Counted from the stretch's first letter, positions 45,515 through 58,311 are shown. The stretch is 64,000 nucleotides of DNA from Thermoanaerobaculia bacterium (GCA_963719225.1 CAVRAY010000001.1:2080001-2144000), one strand, 5' to 3'. Numbers and translations: made by a program. Notes: generated by a model not told the origin, from the letters alone.

Positions 45515-48160
45515 TCATTTTGCGGCCGCGACGAGTCTTTGGAATTTCGGTTCATTTCGCAACGGGTCGAAGTTCGGGTCGATCCTGAGCCAGCCGGGCG
45601 AGAGGACGTATGGGATCTCCAGGAGCGGCTCCAGCTGGCTGAGCGCCTTTTCCCGCTCTCCGACGAGGATGTAAATGCGCACGAGCTGGTGCTCGAGATA
45701 GGGACCGAGGTACGCATCTTTGGACACGGGCAGGAGCGCGACGCCGCGTTCTCCCTCTCGGATGGCTTCGTCTTTTTGGCCGAGGTAGGCGAGTGCGAGG
45801 CCGAGCAGGATGTGAAGCTGCGGGTCCTGTGGCGCGGCGAGAAGCTGCTGCCGGAAGGCTTTTCTCGCCTTCTCGGCGTGGGAGTGTACGTTTTCCGCGT
45901 CGCCCTTCAGCGCATAGGCTTGGACGAGGCTGAGGCTCCAGGCCCCCCTGTTGTTGTCGAAGGCGCTCGGTGTCAGCCGCAGAAGCAGCTCACGCCGCTC
46001 CTCGTCGAGGACCCACACGAGATCGAAGTACGTTGCCAGATACGACACCACTGCCGTGGGCTCGACCTCCTTGGGCACGGCGTGCAACACGGACCGTGCT
46101 CCCGCAAGATTCCCCTCCCCGAGGAACGTCATGGCCTTTTGCTCGATCAGGGTGAGGTTTGTAGGCGCGAGAGCGAGCCCACGGTCGAAGGCTTCGCGCG
46201 CTTCGGGATATTGCCTCAGACGAAGCAGCGCTATGCCGAGCGTCCACTTGTTGTTGATCGACCGGGGATCGAGGCGCTCTGCCCGCTTGAAATGCTCCAC
46301 CGCCGCGTCCCAATGTCCGAGGTTCTGCTCGGTCAACGCGGTTGCCCTGAGCAAGTCGGCGTTGCCAGGCGCGACGCGCCGCCCCTTCGCGTACTGCTCC
46401 AGCGCGCGGTCGAAGTCCGAGACGACCACGCGCATGTAAGTGCCAAGGGCCAGGTATCCGTCGGGCTGGTCTGGCGCGAGGGCGACTGCCTTCTCCGCCG
46501 CGTGGCGCGCGCGTTCTGCCAGCTCCGGCGTCGGCACGCTGTTGCCGTGCAGGATCGAGTCGGCTTTGGAAATCTGCGCCCAGGACCGCGCGAAGCTTGG
46601 ATCGAGGGCCACGGCTTGCTCGTAGAGCCCGAGCGCCTTACGCAGGCTGGCCGGATCGTTGATGGCCATGCTCCTCGAGACTTCCTCGCCCTTCAGGAAG
46701 GCGTCGTAGGCGGCCAGGTTCTGCGTGGGGGGCTCCGCAAGCCGCTTCTCGTCGTTCGCCTCGAGCACGACATCGAGAGCCTGCGCGACGCGCGTCGCGA
46801 TATCTGACTGCACCTGGAAGACATCCGTCAGCGCCGCGTCGAAGGGCTGCTGCCACCTCAAGGTGGCAGCGCCGGGCCCTTTCACGTCGACCAGCTCCGG
46901 GCTGACCTGCACGCGGCTCGTGCTTCCGCTCTTCTCCCAGCGCACGGTCGCCGTCAGCAGATATCTTGCCTCGAGCTCGCGGGCGATCTGGTTCGGCGTC
47001 TTCTTCGACTTCTTGTACGGGGCCGAGCTGGCTCTGGCAATCACTTCCACGCCCGGCAGGGACGTGAGCTTGCCGCGAACGGCGTCGGCGATGCCGTCGG
47101 CGAAGTAGTCGTCCTCTGGGGCTCCAAGGTTCTCGAACGGCAGCACGGCCAGACGCTTGACGCCTGCGATCTCGCCCGATGTCTTACGAAACGAACACAG
47201 AAGGAAGGTGCCCGCGACCGCGAGAACGGCAAGGGCCGCAACGGCGAAGAGGACGATCCTCTTTCCAGCCTGTGGCGCGACCAACCGCGCGCTGGTCGTC
47301 ACGGCCGGCGACGACTGCTCGGAGAGCGCGAACACGACGTCTTTCGCCGATTGAAAGCGGTTGTCCCGGTCCTTCTCCAGGCAATGCCGGACGATGCTGT
47401 CGAGAGCGGACGAGACCTTCCGTCCCGACCCCGAGAGCTCCGGCGGCTCGTCCCGCAGGATCGCCGCCATCGTGTCGCCCGCCGTGCCTTTCTTGAACGC
47501 CTTCTTGCCCGATAGCATTTCGTACAGGATCGCCCCGAGCGAGAAGACGTCGCAGCGATGATCGACAGCGAGTCCCCGCACCTGCTCGGGCGACATGTAG
47601 CCCAGTGTGCCCATCACCGCCCCCGGGACCGTGAGATCCGAGACCGTCGGGGCTGTCGTGTCCTGCCCTGTGCTGACCGTCTCGACTCTCTTCGCCAGGC
47701 CGAAGTCGAGGATCTTCACGTGGCCGTCCTTCAGGACGAAGAGGTTCTCGGGCTTCAGGTCCCGGTGGATGATCCCCTTCTCGTGGGCGGCGGAGAGGCC
47801 CTTCGCGATCTGCACGGCGTAGTCGACGGCCTGCTTCTGCGGGATCGGTCCGGCGTCGAGTTTGCCGCGCAGCGTCTCGCCCTCAAGCAGCTCCGTGACG
47901 GCGTAGGAGATGCCCTCGTGCGTTCCGAAATCGTGAATCGCGAGGATGTTCGGATGCGAGAGTGCCGCAACCGCCTTGGCCTCCCGCTCGAACCTTGCCA
48001 GCCTGCCCGGGTCGGCAGCCACGGCCTCCGGGAGCACCTTGATCGCGACATCCCGGTCGAGCTTCTCGTCGCGCGCCCGGTAAACCTCACCCATTCCCCC
48101 CGCGCCGAGCGGCGCGAGAATCTCGTAAGGGCCGAGCTTCGTCCCGGCTGTCAGCGACAA
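45515..48160 (-). CDS. Hanks-type Ser/Thr protein kinase with TM, TolB-N-like and TPR domains
   Basis: GAGGMGEVY, VAIK, HRDLKPEN, DFG, YMSPE; LAVLPFEN..DYFADG; TPRs; IDPNFDPLR C-terminus. Confidence 0.95.
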   Translation of the reverse strand: MSLTAGTKLGPYEILAPLGAGGMGEVYRARDEKLDRDVAIKVLPEAVAADPGRLARFEREAKAVAALSHPNILAIHDFGTHEGISYAVTELLEGETLRGKLDAGPIPQKQAVDYAVQIAKGLSAAHEKGIIHRDLKPENLFVLKDGHVKILDFGLAKRVETVSTGQDTTAPTVSDLTVPGAVMGTLGYMSPEQVRGLAVDHRCDVFSLGAILYEMLSGKKAFKKGTAGDTMAAILRDEPPELSGSGRKVSSALDSIVRHCLEKDRDNRFQSAKDVVFALSEQSSPAVTTSARLVAPQAGKRIVLFAVAALAVLAVAGTFLLCSFRKTSGEIAGVKRLAVLPFENLGAPEDDYFADGIADAVRGKLTSLPGVEVIARASSAPYKKSKKTPNQIARELEARYLLTATVRWEKSGSTSRVQVSPELVDVKGPGAATLRWQQPFDAALTDVFQVQSDIATRVAQALDVVLEANDEKRLAEPPTQNLAAYDAFLKGEEVSRSMAINDPASLRKALGLYEQAVALDPSFARSWAQISKADSILHGNSVPTPELAERARHAAEKAVALAPDQPDGYLALGTYMRVVVSDFDRALEQYAKGRRVAPGNADLLRATALTEQNLGHWDAAVEHFKRAERLDPRSINNKWTLGIALLRLRQYPEAREAFDRGLALAPTNLTLIEQKAMTFLGEGNLAGARSVLHAVPKEVEPTAVVSYLATYFDLVWVLDEERRELLLRLTPSAFDNNRGAWSLSLVQAYALKGDAENVHSHAEKARKAFRQQLLAAPQDPQLHILLGLALAYLGQKDEAIREGERGVALLPVSKDAYLGPYLEHQLVRIYILVGEREKALSQLEPLLEIPYVLSPGWLRIDPNFDPLRNEPKFQRLVAAAK

Positions 48161-48206
48161 GATGTAAGAAGTTTAACGGGAATCTGCAGGGGCGGAAATG
48201 ATGCCG

Positions 48207-49067
48207 TCAGACCGGGAAGAGCGCCGCCGCGTTGTCGAAAAGGATCTTTCGGCGCACCTCGTCGGAGAGCGGAAGAGCGAGGAACTCGTCGACGTTCCGG
48301 CGCATCGAGCGGACTCCCTTCGAGGGCCAGTCGGTCCCCCAGAGGACCTTGTCCGCGATCTCGGAGATCCGCGGAAGGACCTCGAGGAGCTTGCGCGGCG
48401 GGATCCCCGAGATGTCGAGCAGGACGTTCGGGTGCCTCCTCGCGAGGAAGAAGGCGGTCTCGTACCAGAGAGGGCGGCCGGCATGACAGAGAACGAGCGT
48501 CGTCCCTGGAAAATCCACGGCGACGTCGTCGCACGCCATCGGATCGGCATAGACGTTCCGGGCGCCGGGAAAGATGGACGTTCCCGTGTGGATCAGGACC
48601 GGCCGCTTCGCTTCGCCCGCGAGGCGATAGACGTCGGCGAGGGACGGACAGTCGCTTCGGTACGCGTTCGCTGCCATCTCCATGTGGGGCGGATGCAGCT
48701 TGATCGCGCCCAGGCGGTAAACCTCGAGGAGCTTCCTCGTGTCCCCGACGACGTCGCGAGAGTGCCGGGGATGAATTCCTCCGACCGGGACGAGCCGGTC
48801 GCGGTGACCCTCGACGTAGCGGGCGACCCATGGGTTCACCATGTCCGTGATCCCCAGGGTGTCCGGTGCCACGGAGTTGATGAGGGCGGCCCGCGCGACG
48901 CCCTCGGCATCCATCGCCCGGAGGAGCTCGTCCGCGGAGCTCATGACGCGCCCGAGGAGGTCGAGATCGGTTCGCCCATCCAGCATCACGCGGCGGGCGT
49001 TCTCGTTCATCCGGTCATGCGGGCCGACATGGATGTGCGCGTCGAAAATCGGGAGGGCGGCGGACAC
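48207..49067 (-). CDS. Amidohydrolase family protein (Amidohydro_2-like)
   Basis: DAHIH, IKLHP, IHTG, CHAG, DIS, WGTDWP, DNA. Confidence 0.9.
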   Translation of the reverse strand: MSAALPIFDAHIHVGPHDRMNENARRVMLDGRTDLDLLGRVMSSADELLRAMDAEGVARAALINSVAPDTLGITDMVNPWVARYVEGHRDRLVPVGGIHPRHSRDVVGDTRKLLEVYRLGAIKLHPPHMEMAANAYRSDCPSLADVYRLAGEAKRPVLIHTGTSIFPGARNVYADPMACDDVAVDFPGTTLVLCHAGRPLWYETAFFLARRHPNVLLDISGIPPRKLLEVLPRISEIADKVLWGTDWPSKGVRSMRRNVDEFLALPLSDEVRRKILFDNAAALFPV

Positions 49068-49114
49068 GCGCGGGATGATAGCGGACCGCTCCGGCCGCCT
49101 CCGCGGTTGCTAAC

Positions 49115-51943
<2,829 letters not shown>

Positions 51944-51944
51944 C

Positions 51945-52391
51945 ATGACCGAGTCCCCCGACCACGAGTGGCTCTGCCGGAGAATCCTCGAAAACAGCCC
52001 TTTGGCCATCCTGTATGCGGACCGCGAGGGAAAGATCCGCCTCTGGAACTCGGGAGCCGAGACCGTATTCGGCTACACGGCGAAAGAGGCGCTCGGACAA
52101 TCGCTGGACCTCATCGTGCCCGAGCGCCAGAGGCCGAGGCACTGGGAAGGCTGGGAGAAGGTCATGGCGAGCGGCGTCACGAAGTACGGACGCGATCCGC
52201 TCGCGGTTCCCGCGATCCGGAAGGACGGGTCGCGGATCTCCATCGAGTTCAACGTCGTCCTCGTCCGTGACGACAGCGGCGATCTCGCGGGCGTCGCCGC
52301 GATGGTTCAGGACGTCACCGCGAGATGGCAGAAGCAAAAAGAGCTGAACGCGCGCCTCGCGGCCCTCGAGGCCAAGGCGAAGGAGGGGTGA
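51945..52391 (+). CDS. Stand-alone PAS domain protein with C-terminal coiled coil
   Basis: WNSGAETVFGY..EALGQSLDLIVPE, RKDGS, QDVT. Confidence 0.88.
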   Translation: MTESPDHEWLCRRILENSPLAILYADREGKIRLWNSGAETVFGYTAKEALGQSLDLIVPERQRPRHWEGWEKVMASGVTKYGRDPLAVPAIRKDGSRISIEFNVVLVRDDSGDLAGVAAMVQDVTARWQKQKELNARLAALEAKAKEG

Positions 52392-52392
52392 G

Positions 52393-53130
52393 ATGGACTT
52401 TCGAAGGGTGAGCGACCTGGCGGCGCCCGACGGCCACGCCGTGCCCGGCTTCCTTTTCTTACCGCCCTCGCCGCGCGGCGGCGTCGTCGCTTGTCCCGGC
52501 TACGGCTCCTCGAAGGAGCAGATGCTCGGGATCGCGACGGCCGTCGCCGAGAAGGGGTTCGCGGTTCTGGCGGTCGACCTCTGCGGGCACGGCGAGAACA
52601 CGGCGCCGATCGGCCCGGCGATGCGAGACGAGATGGAGGCCGCCGTCGCGTACGTCAGGCGGTTCGGCAGGACTGCGGTGATCGGGCACAGCCTCGGCGG
52701 GAGACTCGCCTTGATGTCTTCGGCAGACGTCATGGTGGCGGTGTCGCCCTCCGTCATGATGCAGATGTCCCCGCAGGGGAAGTGGATGTTCGAGAACCTC
52801 CCGAGCCCCGGCCTGCGCGAGCCGTACTCGGGATACGTCCTCGAGCTTCTCGAAAAACTCGGCCCGGTTCCTTCCCATGACCGCCCCTGTCTCCTCCTCT
52901 ACTCCGAGCGGGACATCCAGGCGCTTCTCGATGGCGCCGCGAGCCTGCAGGCGGAGCTGCCCCGCTCCGAGAAGCGGCTCGTTTCGGAGGACATCCGCCC
53001 GGACGTGCAGCACGAGAACGGCCTGATCCGGTATCTCCCGCGCTGGTTCAATCACAGCGAGCTGAGATTCAACCGTCCCGCGTGCGCCACGATCAGCTCC
53101 TGGCTCGCCGATCACCTTTCGACAGCCTGA
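52393..53130 (+). CDS. Alpha/beta hydrolase
   Basis: PGYGSSKE, DLCGHG, GHSLGG nucleophile elbow, C-terminal NH. Confidence 0.85.
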   Translation: MDFRRVSDLAAPDGHAVPGFLFLPPSPRGGVVACPGYGSSKEQMLGIATAVAEKGFAVLAVDLCGHGENTAPIGPAMRDEMEAAVAYVRRFGRTAVIGHSLGGRLALMSSADVMVAVSPSVMMQMSPQGKWMFENLPSPGLREPYSGYVLELLEKLGPVPSHDRPCLLLYSERDIQALLDGAASLQAELPRSEKRLVSEDIRPDVQHENGLIRYLPRWFNHSELRFNRPACATISSWLADHLSTA

Positions 53131-53180
53131 AGAGAGGTCGCTTGGTTCGGACCGTGTGCTAGGCTGGAAAGCGCACGGGA

Positions 53181-53405
53181 GTGATCATGCAGTGGGAGTA
53201 CTTCGATCGGATGGTCATCTTCAGCGATGGTGAAGGTGGAATGGTGAGCGGCCTGGATTCCTGGATCAACGGAGCCGGCTCCGAAGGCTGGGAGCTCGTC
53301 TCGGCCGCCCCCCTGATCGCGCCGAACAAGGACGGCGTCGCCTACGGGACGATCGGCCTGCACCTGATCTTCAAGCGGCCCGCGGTGGCTCCGCAGGAGG
53401 CGTGA
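53181..53405 (+). CDS. DUF4177-like small protein
   Basis: MQWEY...N..G.EGWELVS...IFKRP. Confidence 0.75.
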   Translation: MIMQWEYFDRMVIFSDGEGGMVSGLDSWINGAGSEGWELVSAAPLIAPNKDGVAYGTIGLHLIFKRPAVAPQEA

Positions 53406-53734
53406 GAGCCGTGGCTGGGTTGAAAGGCCCGGCGCTGATGGAGAGCCGCTACGGCCCGCTCGGAAGCGGCGGCCAGTCCCTGACGATCAAGGGCGTCGTC
53501 TATTCGGTCCCGGACCTGCTCGTTTCGATGTCGCTCAACTTCGACGACAGCCGCGCGATCGACGCCCTGACGCTGCCGGACGGTCGGTTCGTCTTCCGGT
53601 ACTACGACGGCCAGGACCAGCGCGTCGTCGCCCTGGAATTCGACGCCGACTTCCGGCCGCTCGGCGAGGTGCGCGTCCCGTTCTGCGAGTGGACCGGGGA
53701 CGAGGAATACTTCCCGCAGCATTGCGGGCACTAG
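53402..53734 (+). CDS. Hypothetical protein
   Basis: GTGA overlap with the upstream gene, GGAGG SD, GC-rich third positions; no recognised motif. Confidence 0.55.
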   Translation: MRAVAGLKGPALMESRYGPLGSGGQSLTIKGVVYSVPDLLVSMSLNFDDSRAIDALTLPDGRFVFRYYDGQDQRVVALEFDADFRPLGEVRVPFCEWTGDEEYFPQHCGH

Positions 53735-53777
53735 AGGGACCTTGCTTCCCTGCCTGAAAAGCGCTGATCCACGAAGC

Positions 53778-54179
53778 TCAGAGCCAGTCTTCGACGCGCA
53801 GGCCCGGAATCCGTTCGAAGTGTCGGACGTTGTTCGTGACCACGGTGAACCCCTGCGTGAGAGCGGTCGCCGCGATGAGCACGTCCTCGACGTCGATCTT
53901 CTGCCCTGTCGACGACAGCCCCGCAAGCAGCTCGCCGGCCAGGAGCGCGTCGTCGAGGCCGACGTCGAGGATGTCGAGCCGGCCGAGGAGCTCTCTCTCG
54001 ATGCGCCGCCACAGAGCGCCGCCGTCGTCACGGCGAAGGGCGCCATGCCGCAGCTCCATGACGCAAATGCAGGATGTGGCCTTCGTGGCGCTTTCCTCGA
54101 CAGAGAGGCGCTTGAGGAGACGAGGGCTGGGAGACTTTCGAAGTACCTGGCTCAGGATATTCGTATCGAGGAGGTACAT
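53778..54179 (-). CDS. vapC: VapC PIN-domain toxin
   Basis: YLLDTN, MELRHG, EDVLIAATA, TNNVRHF. Confidence 0.93.
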   Translation of the reverse strand: MYLLDTNILSQVLRKSPSPRLLKRLSVEESATKATSCICVMELRHGALRRDDGGALWRRIERELLGRLDILDVGLDDALLAGELLAGLSSTGQKIDVEDVLIAATALTQGFTVVTNNVRHFERIPGLRVEDWL

Positions 54180-54181
54180 CT

Positions 54182-54454
54182 TCAGGTGCGGCGCCTGACG
54201 ACCCGCGCCGGCCGTGCATGCCGTTCAGCCAGAATCCGGTCCATCACCTCGAAGAACGGGTCGTCGTCGGCGAGCCAGCCCTTGAAGTCGGCGAGTGCCC
54301 CGCCGGTCTGCGGATCGACGGGCACGAGCCGCGCCATCGGCCGGCCGCGTTTCAGGATCGTGATCGACTCACGCCCGTAGGCCACGCGGCCGAGCAGCTC
54401 GGAAAGGGACCGCTTCGCCTCGGCAACGTTGACGTGGGCTTTTCGGGCCGGCAT
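54182..54454 (-). CDS. Phd/YefM-family antitoxin
   Basis: VNVAEAKRSLSELL..V...E.ITILKRGRPMARLVP. Confidence 0.92.
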   Translation of the reverse strand: MPARKAHVNVAEAKRSLSELLGRVAYGRESITILKRGRPMARLVPVDPQTGGALADFKGWLADDDPFFEVMDRILAERHARPARVVRRRT

Positions 54455-54472
54455 GGATGGCCTCCAGCTCCG

Positions 54473-54489
54473 ATTATAGTCATGATGAC
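54473..54489 (-). promoter_or_regulatory. -10 box with adjacent palindrome for the phd-vapC operon
   Basis: TATAAT (-) at 54478-54473 abutting palindrome GTCAT-G-ATGAC 54479-54489. Confidence 0.55.
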
Positions 54490-54574
54490 CAAGTCAGGCA
54501 GAGGCCCTGCATCTGAATCATTTCCGGGCCTTCCCCCTTGAGATACAGTGAGTTCGATGCGGTCGTGGGCCGGG

Positions 54575-54590
54575 AGGGCATCGATGCCCT
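54575..54590. promoter_or_regulatory. Perfect 16-bp palindrome, candidate operator
   Basis: AGGGCATCGATGCCCT, 45 bp upstream of the enoyl-CoA hydratase ATG. Confidence 0.45.
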
Positions 54591-54635
54591 TTCCACGGTG
54601 AGCGCAGGAGGAGAGCCGCCGAAAGGAGGCGTCGG

Positions 54636-55412
54636 ATGGGATACGAGAACCTCTGCTTCGAGACGGACGGGGCCGTCGCCGTCGTGACCCTGAATCGGCC
54701 CGCGAGGCGAAACGCGCTTTCGCTCGCGCTCATGCGCGAGCTCCTGGACTGTCTGGAACGGATCGGCGAGGACAGGCAGCTCCGCGCGGTCATTCTCGCC
54801 GCCGCCGGAAACGTCTACAGCGCCGGGCACGATCTCGCAGAGCTGACCGGACGAGACATCAACGACACGCGCCGGATCTTCGACGTCTGCGCGGAGCTCA
54901 TGATGAAGATCCAGTCGATTCCGCAGCCGGTCATCGCCGAGGTCCAGGGCCTCGCCACCGCCGCCGGATGCCAGCTCGTGGCGACGTGCGATCTCGCCGT
55001 CGCCGCCGCAGGCGCCCGGTTTGCGACGCCGGGCGTGAAGATCGGGCTCTTCTGCACGACTCCGATGGTCGCCTTGACCCGCGCCATCGGGCGCAAACGC
55101 GCCCTCGGGATGCTCCTGACCGGCGATCCGATCGACGCGGAGACGGCGGCGGACTGGGGGCTCGTCAACGTCGTCGTGCCGGCGGCCGCGCTCCGCGACG
55201 AGACCCGCAAGCTCGCGGCGCGCATCACGGAGGCGAGCCCCGTCACGCTCGCCATCGGGAAGCAGGCCTTTTACTCGCAGATCGACCTCGATCAGCCGAA
55301 GGCGTACGCGTACGCCAAGGAGATCATGTCGATGAATTCCATGGCGGCCGACGCACAGGAAGGGATCTCCGCGTTCCTCGGGAAGAGGGCGGCCGTCTGG
55401 ACGGGAAAATAG
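54636..55412 (+). CDS. Enoyl-CoA hydratase/isomerase (crotonase) family protein
   Basis: LNRP..RNAL, SAGHDL, ATAAGCQLVATCDLA, FATPGVKIGLFC, EGISAF. Confidence 0.93.
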   Translation: MGYENLCFETDGAVAVVTLNRPARRNALSLALMRELLDCLERIGEDRQLRAVILAAAGNVYSAGHDLAELTGRDINDTRRIFDVCAELMMKIQSIPQPVIAEVQGLATAAGCQLVATCDLAVAAAGARFATPGVKIGLFCTTPMVALTRAIGRKRALGMLLTGDPIDAETAADWGLVNVVVPAAALRDETRKLAARITEASPVTLAIGKQAFYSQIDLDQPKAYAYAKEIMSMNSMAADAQEGISAFLGKRAAVWTGK

Positions 55413-55430
55413 GATCAAGGAGGAAGTCTC

Positions 55431-55736
55431 ATGGTCACGTTCGAATATCGGTTCGATGTTCTCCCGGGAAAGCTGAAGGAGTACGAAAAGTACGTCAAGG
55501 GTCCCGGCAAGGACGTCTGGCTGAAGTTCAAGGGCGTCAGGAGCGTTCGCGTCTACAAGAGCATGCTGGGAGGATCGTCTCCCCAGCGGCTCGTCCAGGT
55601 CGACCTCGAGAGCCTCGCGGCGCTCGAGAACATCCTCACGGACTCGACCTTCCGCAAGCTCAAGCAGACGTTCCACGGCCTCGTCACGCACGTCAGCGAC
55701 TCCCTGCTCACGCAGGTGAGCGACAAGAAGAGGTAG
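55431..55736 (+). CDS. Small protein, probable dimeric alpha+beta barrel (NIPSNAP/EthD-like)
   Basis: Strong SD (AAGGAGG); FDVLPGKLKEYE pattern; fold is inferred. Confidence 0.55.
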   Translation: MVTFEYRFDVLPGKLKEYEKYVKGPGKDVWLKFKGVRSVRVYKSMLGGSSPQRLVQVDLESLAALENILTDSTFRKLKQTFHGLVTHVSDSLLTQVSDKKR

Positions 55737-55740
55737 GGGC

Positions 55741-56253
55741 CTAGCGGGACGCGACTCGTTTCGGGGCGTCCGCGCGGCGCGGCCGGCGCCCGCCGGAAGA
55801 GAGTGCCTTGATGACGGCGCCCCAGTTGTCGAACCACGTCTCGAAAGCGGTGCGCAGCTGCGCTCTCCCCTGCTCGTCGGCCGCAGTGCGCAGCGCTTCC
55901 ACGACGGCGGCGGTGGACGGGCGAAGGCGGCGCTCTCCGGAGGCCGTCAGCTTCACGTAGACGAAGCGGTGATCCTTCCGGGAGCGCGTCGTGCGGACGA
56001 GGCCGGCGCGCTCCATTCGCCTGACGAGAGCGGAAGTCGTGTTCATCGTGGAAAAGGTCTCGCGCGCCAGATCGCCGATCGTCAGGGGGTCGTCCGAGGG
56101 GTTGCCCGCGAGCGTCAGGAGGGCGAACTGCTGGGCGGGAGTGAGGCCTCCGTTCGTCGGCTCGATCGTGATCGTTCTCCTCACCGACTCGAAGAAACGC
56201 CTGAGGTGCGCCATGGTCCGGTAGGTGTCCCTCAGACTGTGGCGCTCGACCAT
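55741..56253 (-). CDS. MarR-family transcriptional regulator
   Basis: GLTPAQQFALL, TIGDLA, LVRRMERAGLV..RS..DHR..YVKLT..G. Confidence 0.88.
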   Translation of the reverse strand: MVERHSLRDTYRTMAHLRRFFESVRRTITIEPTNGGLTPAQQFALLTLAGNPSDDPLTIGDLARETFSTMNTTSALVRRMERAGLVRTTRSRKDHRFVYVKLTASGERRLRPSTAAVVEALRTAADEQGRAQLRTAFETWFDNWGAVIKALSSGGRRPRRADAPKRVASR

Positions 56254-56261
56254 CGCCTGCG

Positions 56262-56323
56262 ATTATAGGGAACGGCCGGCGCCGAGAATCCGCTTGAGAC
56301 GGGGTGCGATCGCAGCCTACAAT
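56262..56323. promoter_or_regulatory. Divergent promoters between marR and the U32 operon
   Basis: TATAAT (-) 56267-56262, 8 nt before the marR ATG; TTGAGA (56294)-18 bp-TACAAT (56318) on +, with palindrome TGCGATCGCA in the spacer. Confidence 0.55.
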
Positions 56324-56372
56324 CACTCGACGCGATGAATAGTCGACGGCACGTAGTATCTGGGTCGCGCTG

Positions 56373-57317
56373 ATGTCGGGGCCGATCCTCCTCGCTCCCG
56401 CTGGAAGTCCGGAGGCCGTCCGAGCCGCGCTCGGCGCCGGAGCGGACGCCGTCTACGTGGGCCTCGAGGGCTGGAGCCGGGGCGGGGCGCGCAGGGAACT
56501 CTCGTGGGACGAGCTCGTGGCGGCGCAGCGCGACGTCGAGTCCGCCGGCCGGACCCTGCAGGTGGCCCTGAACACGATCCCGAAGCCGGACGAGCTCGGG
56601 CGACTTTTCGCGCGCGTCCCGGCGCTGGTGGAGCTGGGGATCCGGGACGTCATCGTGAACGACATCGGAATCCTGTTCGCGCTCAAGCAGCGCTTCGAAG
56701 ACCTCCGGCTGACCGCCAGTATCGGCTGCGGCGCCCAGACGGTCGCCGACGTCGCATTCCTGAGAGACCTGGGCGCGCACGGCGTCGTCCTGCCGGGCAC
56801 GGTGAGTCCCGAGGAGATGCGCGAGATCAGGACGGTCCGGGGGATCTGCGTCGAGATCATGATTCACATGGTCGAGGAGTTCATCCTCCTCGGAAAGTGC
56901 TGGATGCCCAGCTACGTCCATCTCAAGCCGACCTCTGTTCCGGCGCCGTCCGAGACAGCCGTGGGCGAGCCGCCGGAAAGCGCCCTTCGCGGGCCGCGCC
57001 AGACCGGCAGCGTGAAGCGTGGAGGAGTCGGGGCCTGTTTCCGGATCTGCCAGCAGCCCTGGGATCTCTACGACTCCGGCCGGCGCGTCGAGGCGCGGCT
57101 GTTCCCGAGCCGGCAGATCAGCCGGATTCCGGACGTCGAGGCGTACGCCGACGCGGGCGTCGACGTCCTGAAGCTGCAGGGGCGAAGTCTTCCGGTGGAA
57201 ATGCTGGCGCCGCTCGTTCGCCGCTACCGCGACGCCATCGACGCCGGATCGATCTCGCACCCGTTCGAGCCGCCGCCCGCGACCTTGCCGGCGGCGTGGG
57301 CCGTCGTCGGGCGATGA
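56373..57317 (+). CDS. Peptidase U32 family protein 1 (Fe-S hydroxylase-type)
   Basis: LLAPAGS, GADAVYVG, ALNT, GKCW, GACFRIC, GVDVLKLQGR. Confidence 0.9.
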   Translation: MSGPILLAPAGSPEAVRAALGAGADAVYVGLEGWSRGGARRELSWDELVAAQRDVESAGRTLQVALNTIPKPDELGRLFARVPALVELGIRDVIVNDIGILFALKQRFEDLRLTASIGCGAQTVADVAFLRDLGAHGVVLPGTVSPEEMREIRTVRGICVEIMIHMVEEFILLGKCWMPSYVHLKPTSVPAPSETAVGEPPESALRGPRQTGSVKRGGVGACFRICQQPWDLYDSGRRVEARLFPSRQISRIPDVEAYADAGVDVLKLQGRSLPVEMLAPLVRRYRDAIDAGSISHPFEPPPATLPAAWAVVGR

Positions 57318-57357
57318 GAATCAGGATGGAGATCGGACGACCAATGGGGCGGTGCTC

Positions 57358-58311
57358 ATGAACGGGTTCGAGCTGAACACGACGATTGCAAACCTCAAGG
57401 ACCTTCGGGCCTCGGACCTGAGTGCCTACGACGCGGTGTATCTCGGCGACATCTACTGCCGGCTCTACGAGTCCAACTTCCTCGAGCAGCTCGGCGACCT
57501 CAAGGAGGGGCTCCACATCCTTCGCGAACAGGGGAAGCGGGCATTCGTGACGACGTATGCGGCGCCGCGGAACGACTTCCTGCCGAAGGTCGGGAAGATG
57601 CTGGAAGCTTCCGCCGCCGCGGGGGCCGAGGCGGTGGAGGTCCACAACCTCGGCATCCTGAAGATCGCCCACGAGAATTTTCCGGAGCTGCCGGTGCACG
57701 TCGGCGGGTTCGCGAACATCTACACCGCGTCGGGCGCCGACGTCCTGCGCGGGTTCGGAGCGGTGCGCTTCACGCCGAACTACGAATTGAGCCTGGACGA
57801 GATCAACGAGATCACGGCGACCTGCGGAGCTCCTCTGGAGCTCCTCGTGCACGGAAAGATGCCGCTCGGCGTCTCGGACTACTGCTTCCTCCTGGATTAC
57901 GAGGAGAAGTGGGGCGTCAAGTGCCCCGATCTGTGCCAGAAGGACCTCTTCCTGAAGCAGGGCGACTGGGCGATGAAGTCCCTGGGCAAGGGCATCCTGA
58001 GCGGCAAGGACGTTTGCATGCTCGAGCACTTGCCGCGGCTGATCTCCGAGGGGCACCGGTTCTTCCGCATCGAAGCCCTCTCGGAGACTCCGGACTACCG
58101 CCGCGACGTCGCGGCGGTGTATCGGGCGGCCCTGGAGCGCGCGATCGCCGGCGAGAGCGACGTGGAAGAGGGATCGTGGGCGACGCTCCGGCGCCACGCC
58201 CACGTCGGTCTCTGCAACGGGTTCTACTTCGGCAGGAGCGGAATGGACTACTCGGGGATACGGCCGGAAGCGCTCGGATCTCTTCCGACCATTTCGCGCG
58301 CGGAGTCATAG
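57358..58311 (+). CDS. Peptidase U32 family protein 2 (UbiV-like)
   Basis: DAVYLGD.YC, AVEVHNLG, ANIY, YELS, HGKMPL..S..C...C...C...DVC, FRIE, CNGFY. Confidence 0.88.
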   Translation: MNGFELNTTIANLKDLRASDLSAYDAVYLGDIYCRLYESNFLEQLGDLKEGLHILREQGKRAFVTTYAAPRNDFLPKVGKMLEASAAAGAEAVEVHNLGILKIAHENFPELPVHVGGFANIYTASGADVLRGFGAVRFTPNYELSLDEINEITATCGAPLELLVHGKMPLGVSDYCFLLDYEEKWGVKCPDLCQKDLFLKQGDWAMKSLGKGILSGKDVCMLEHLPRLISEGHRFFRIEALSETPDYRRDVAAVYRAALERAIAGESDVEEGSWATLRRHAHVGLCNGFYFGRSGMDYSGIRPEALGSLPTISRAES

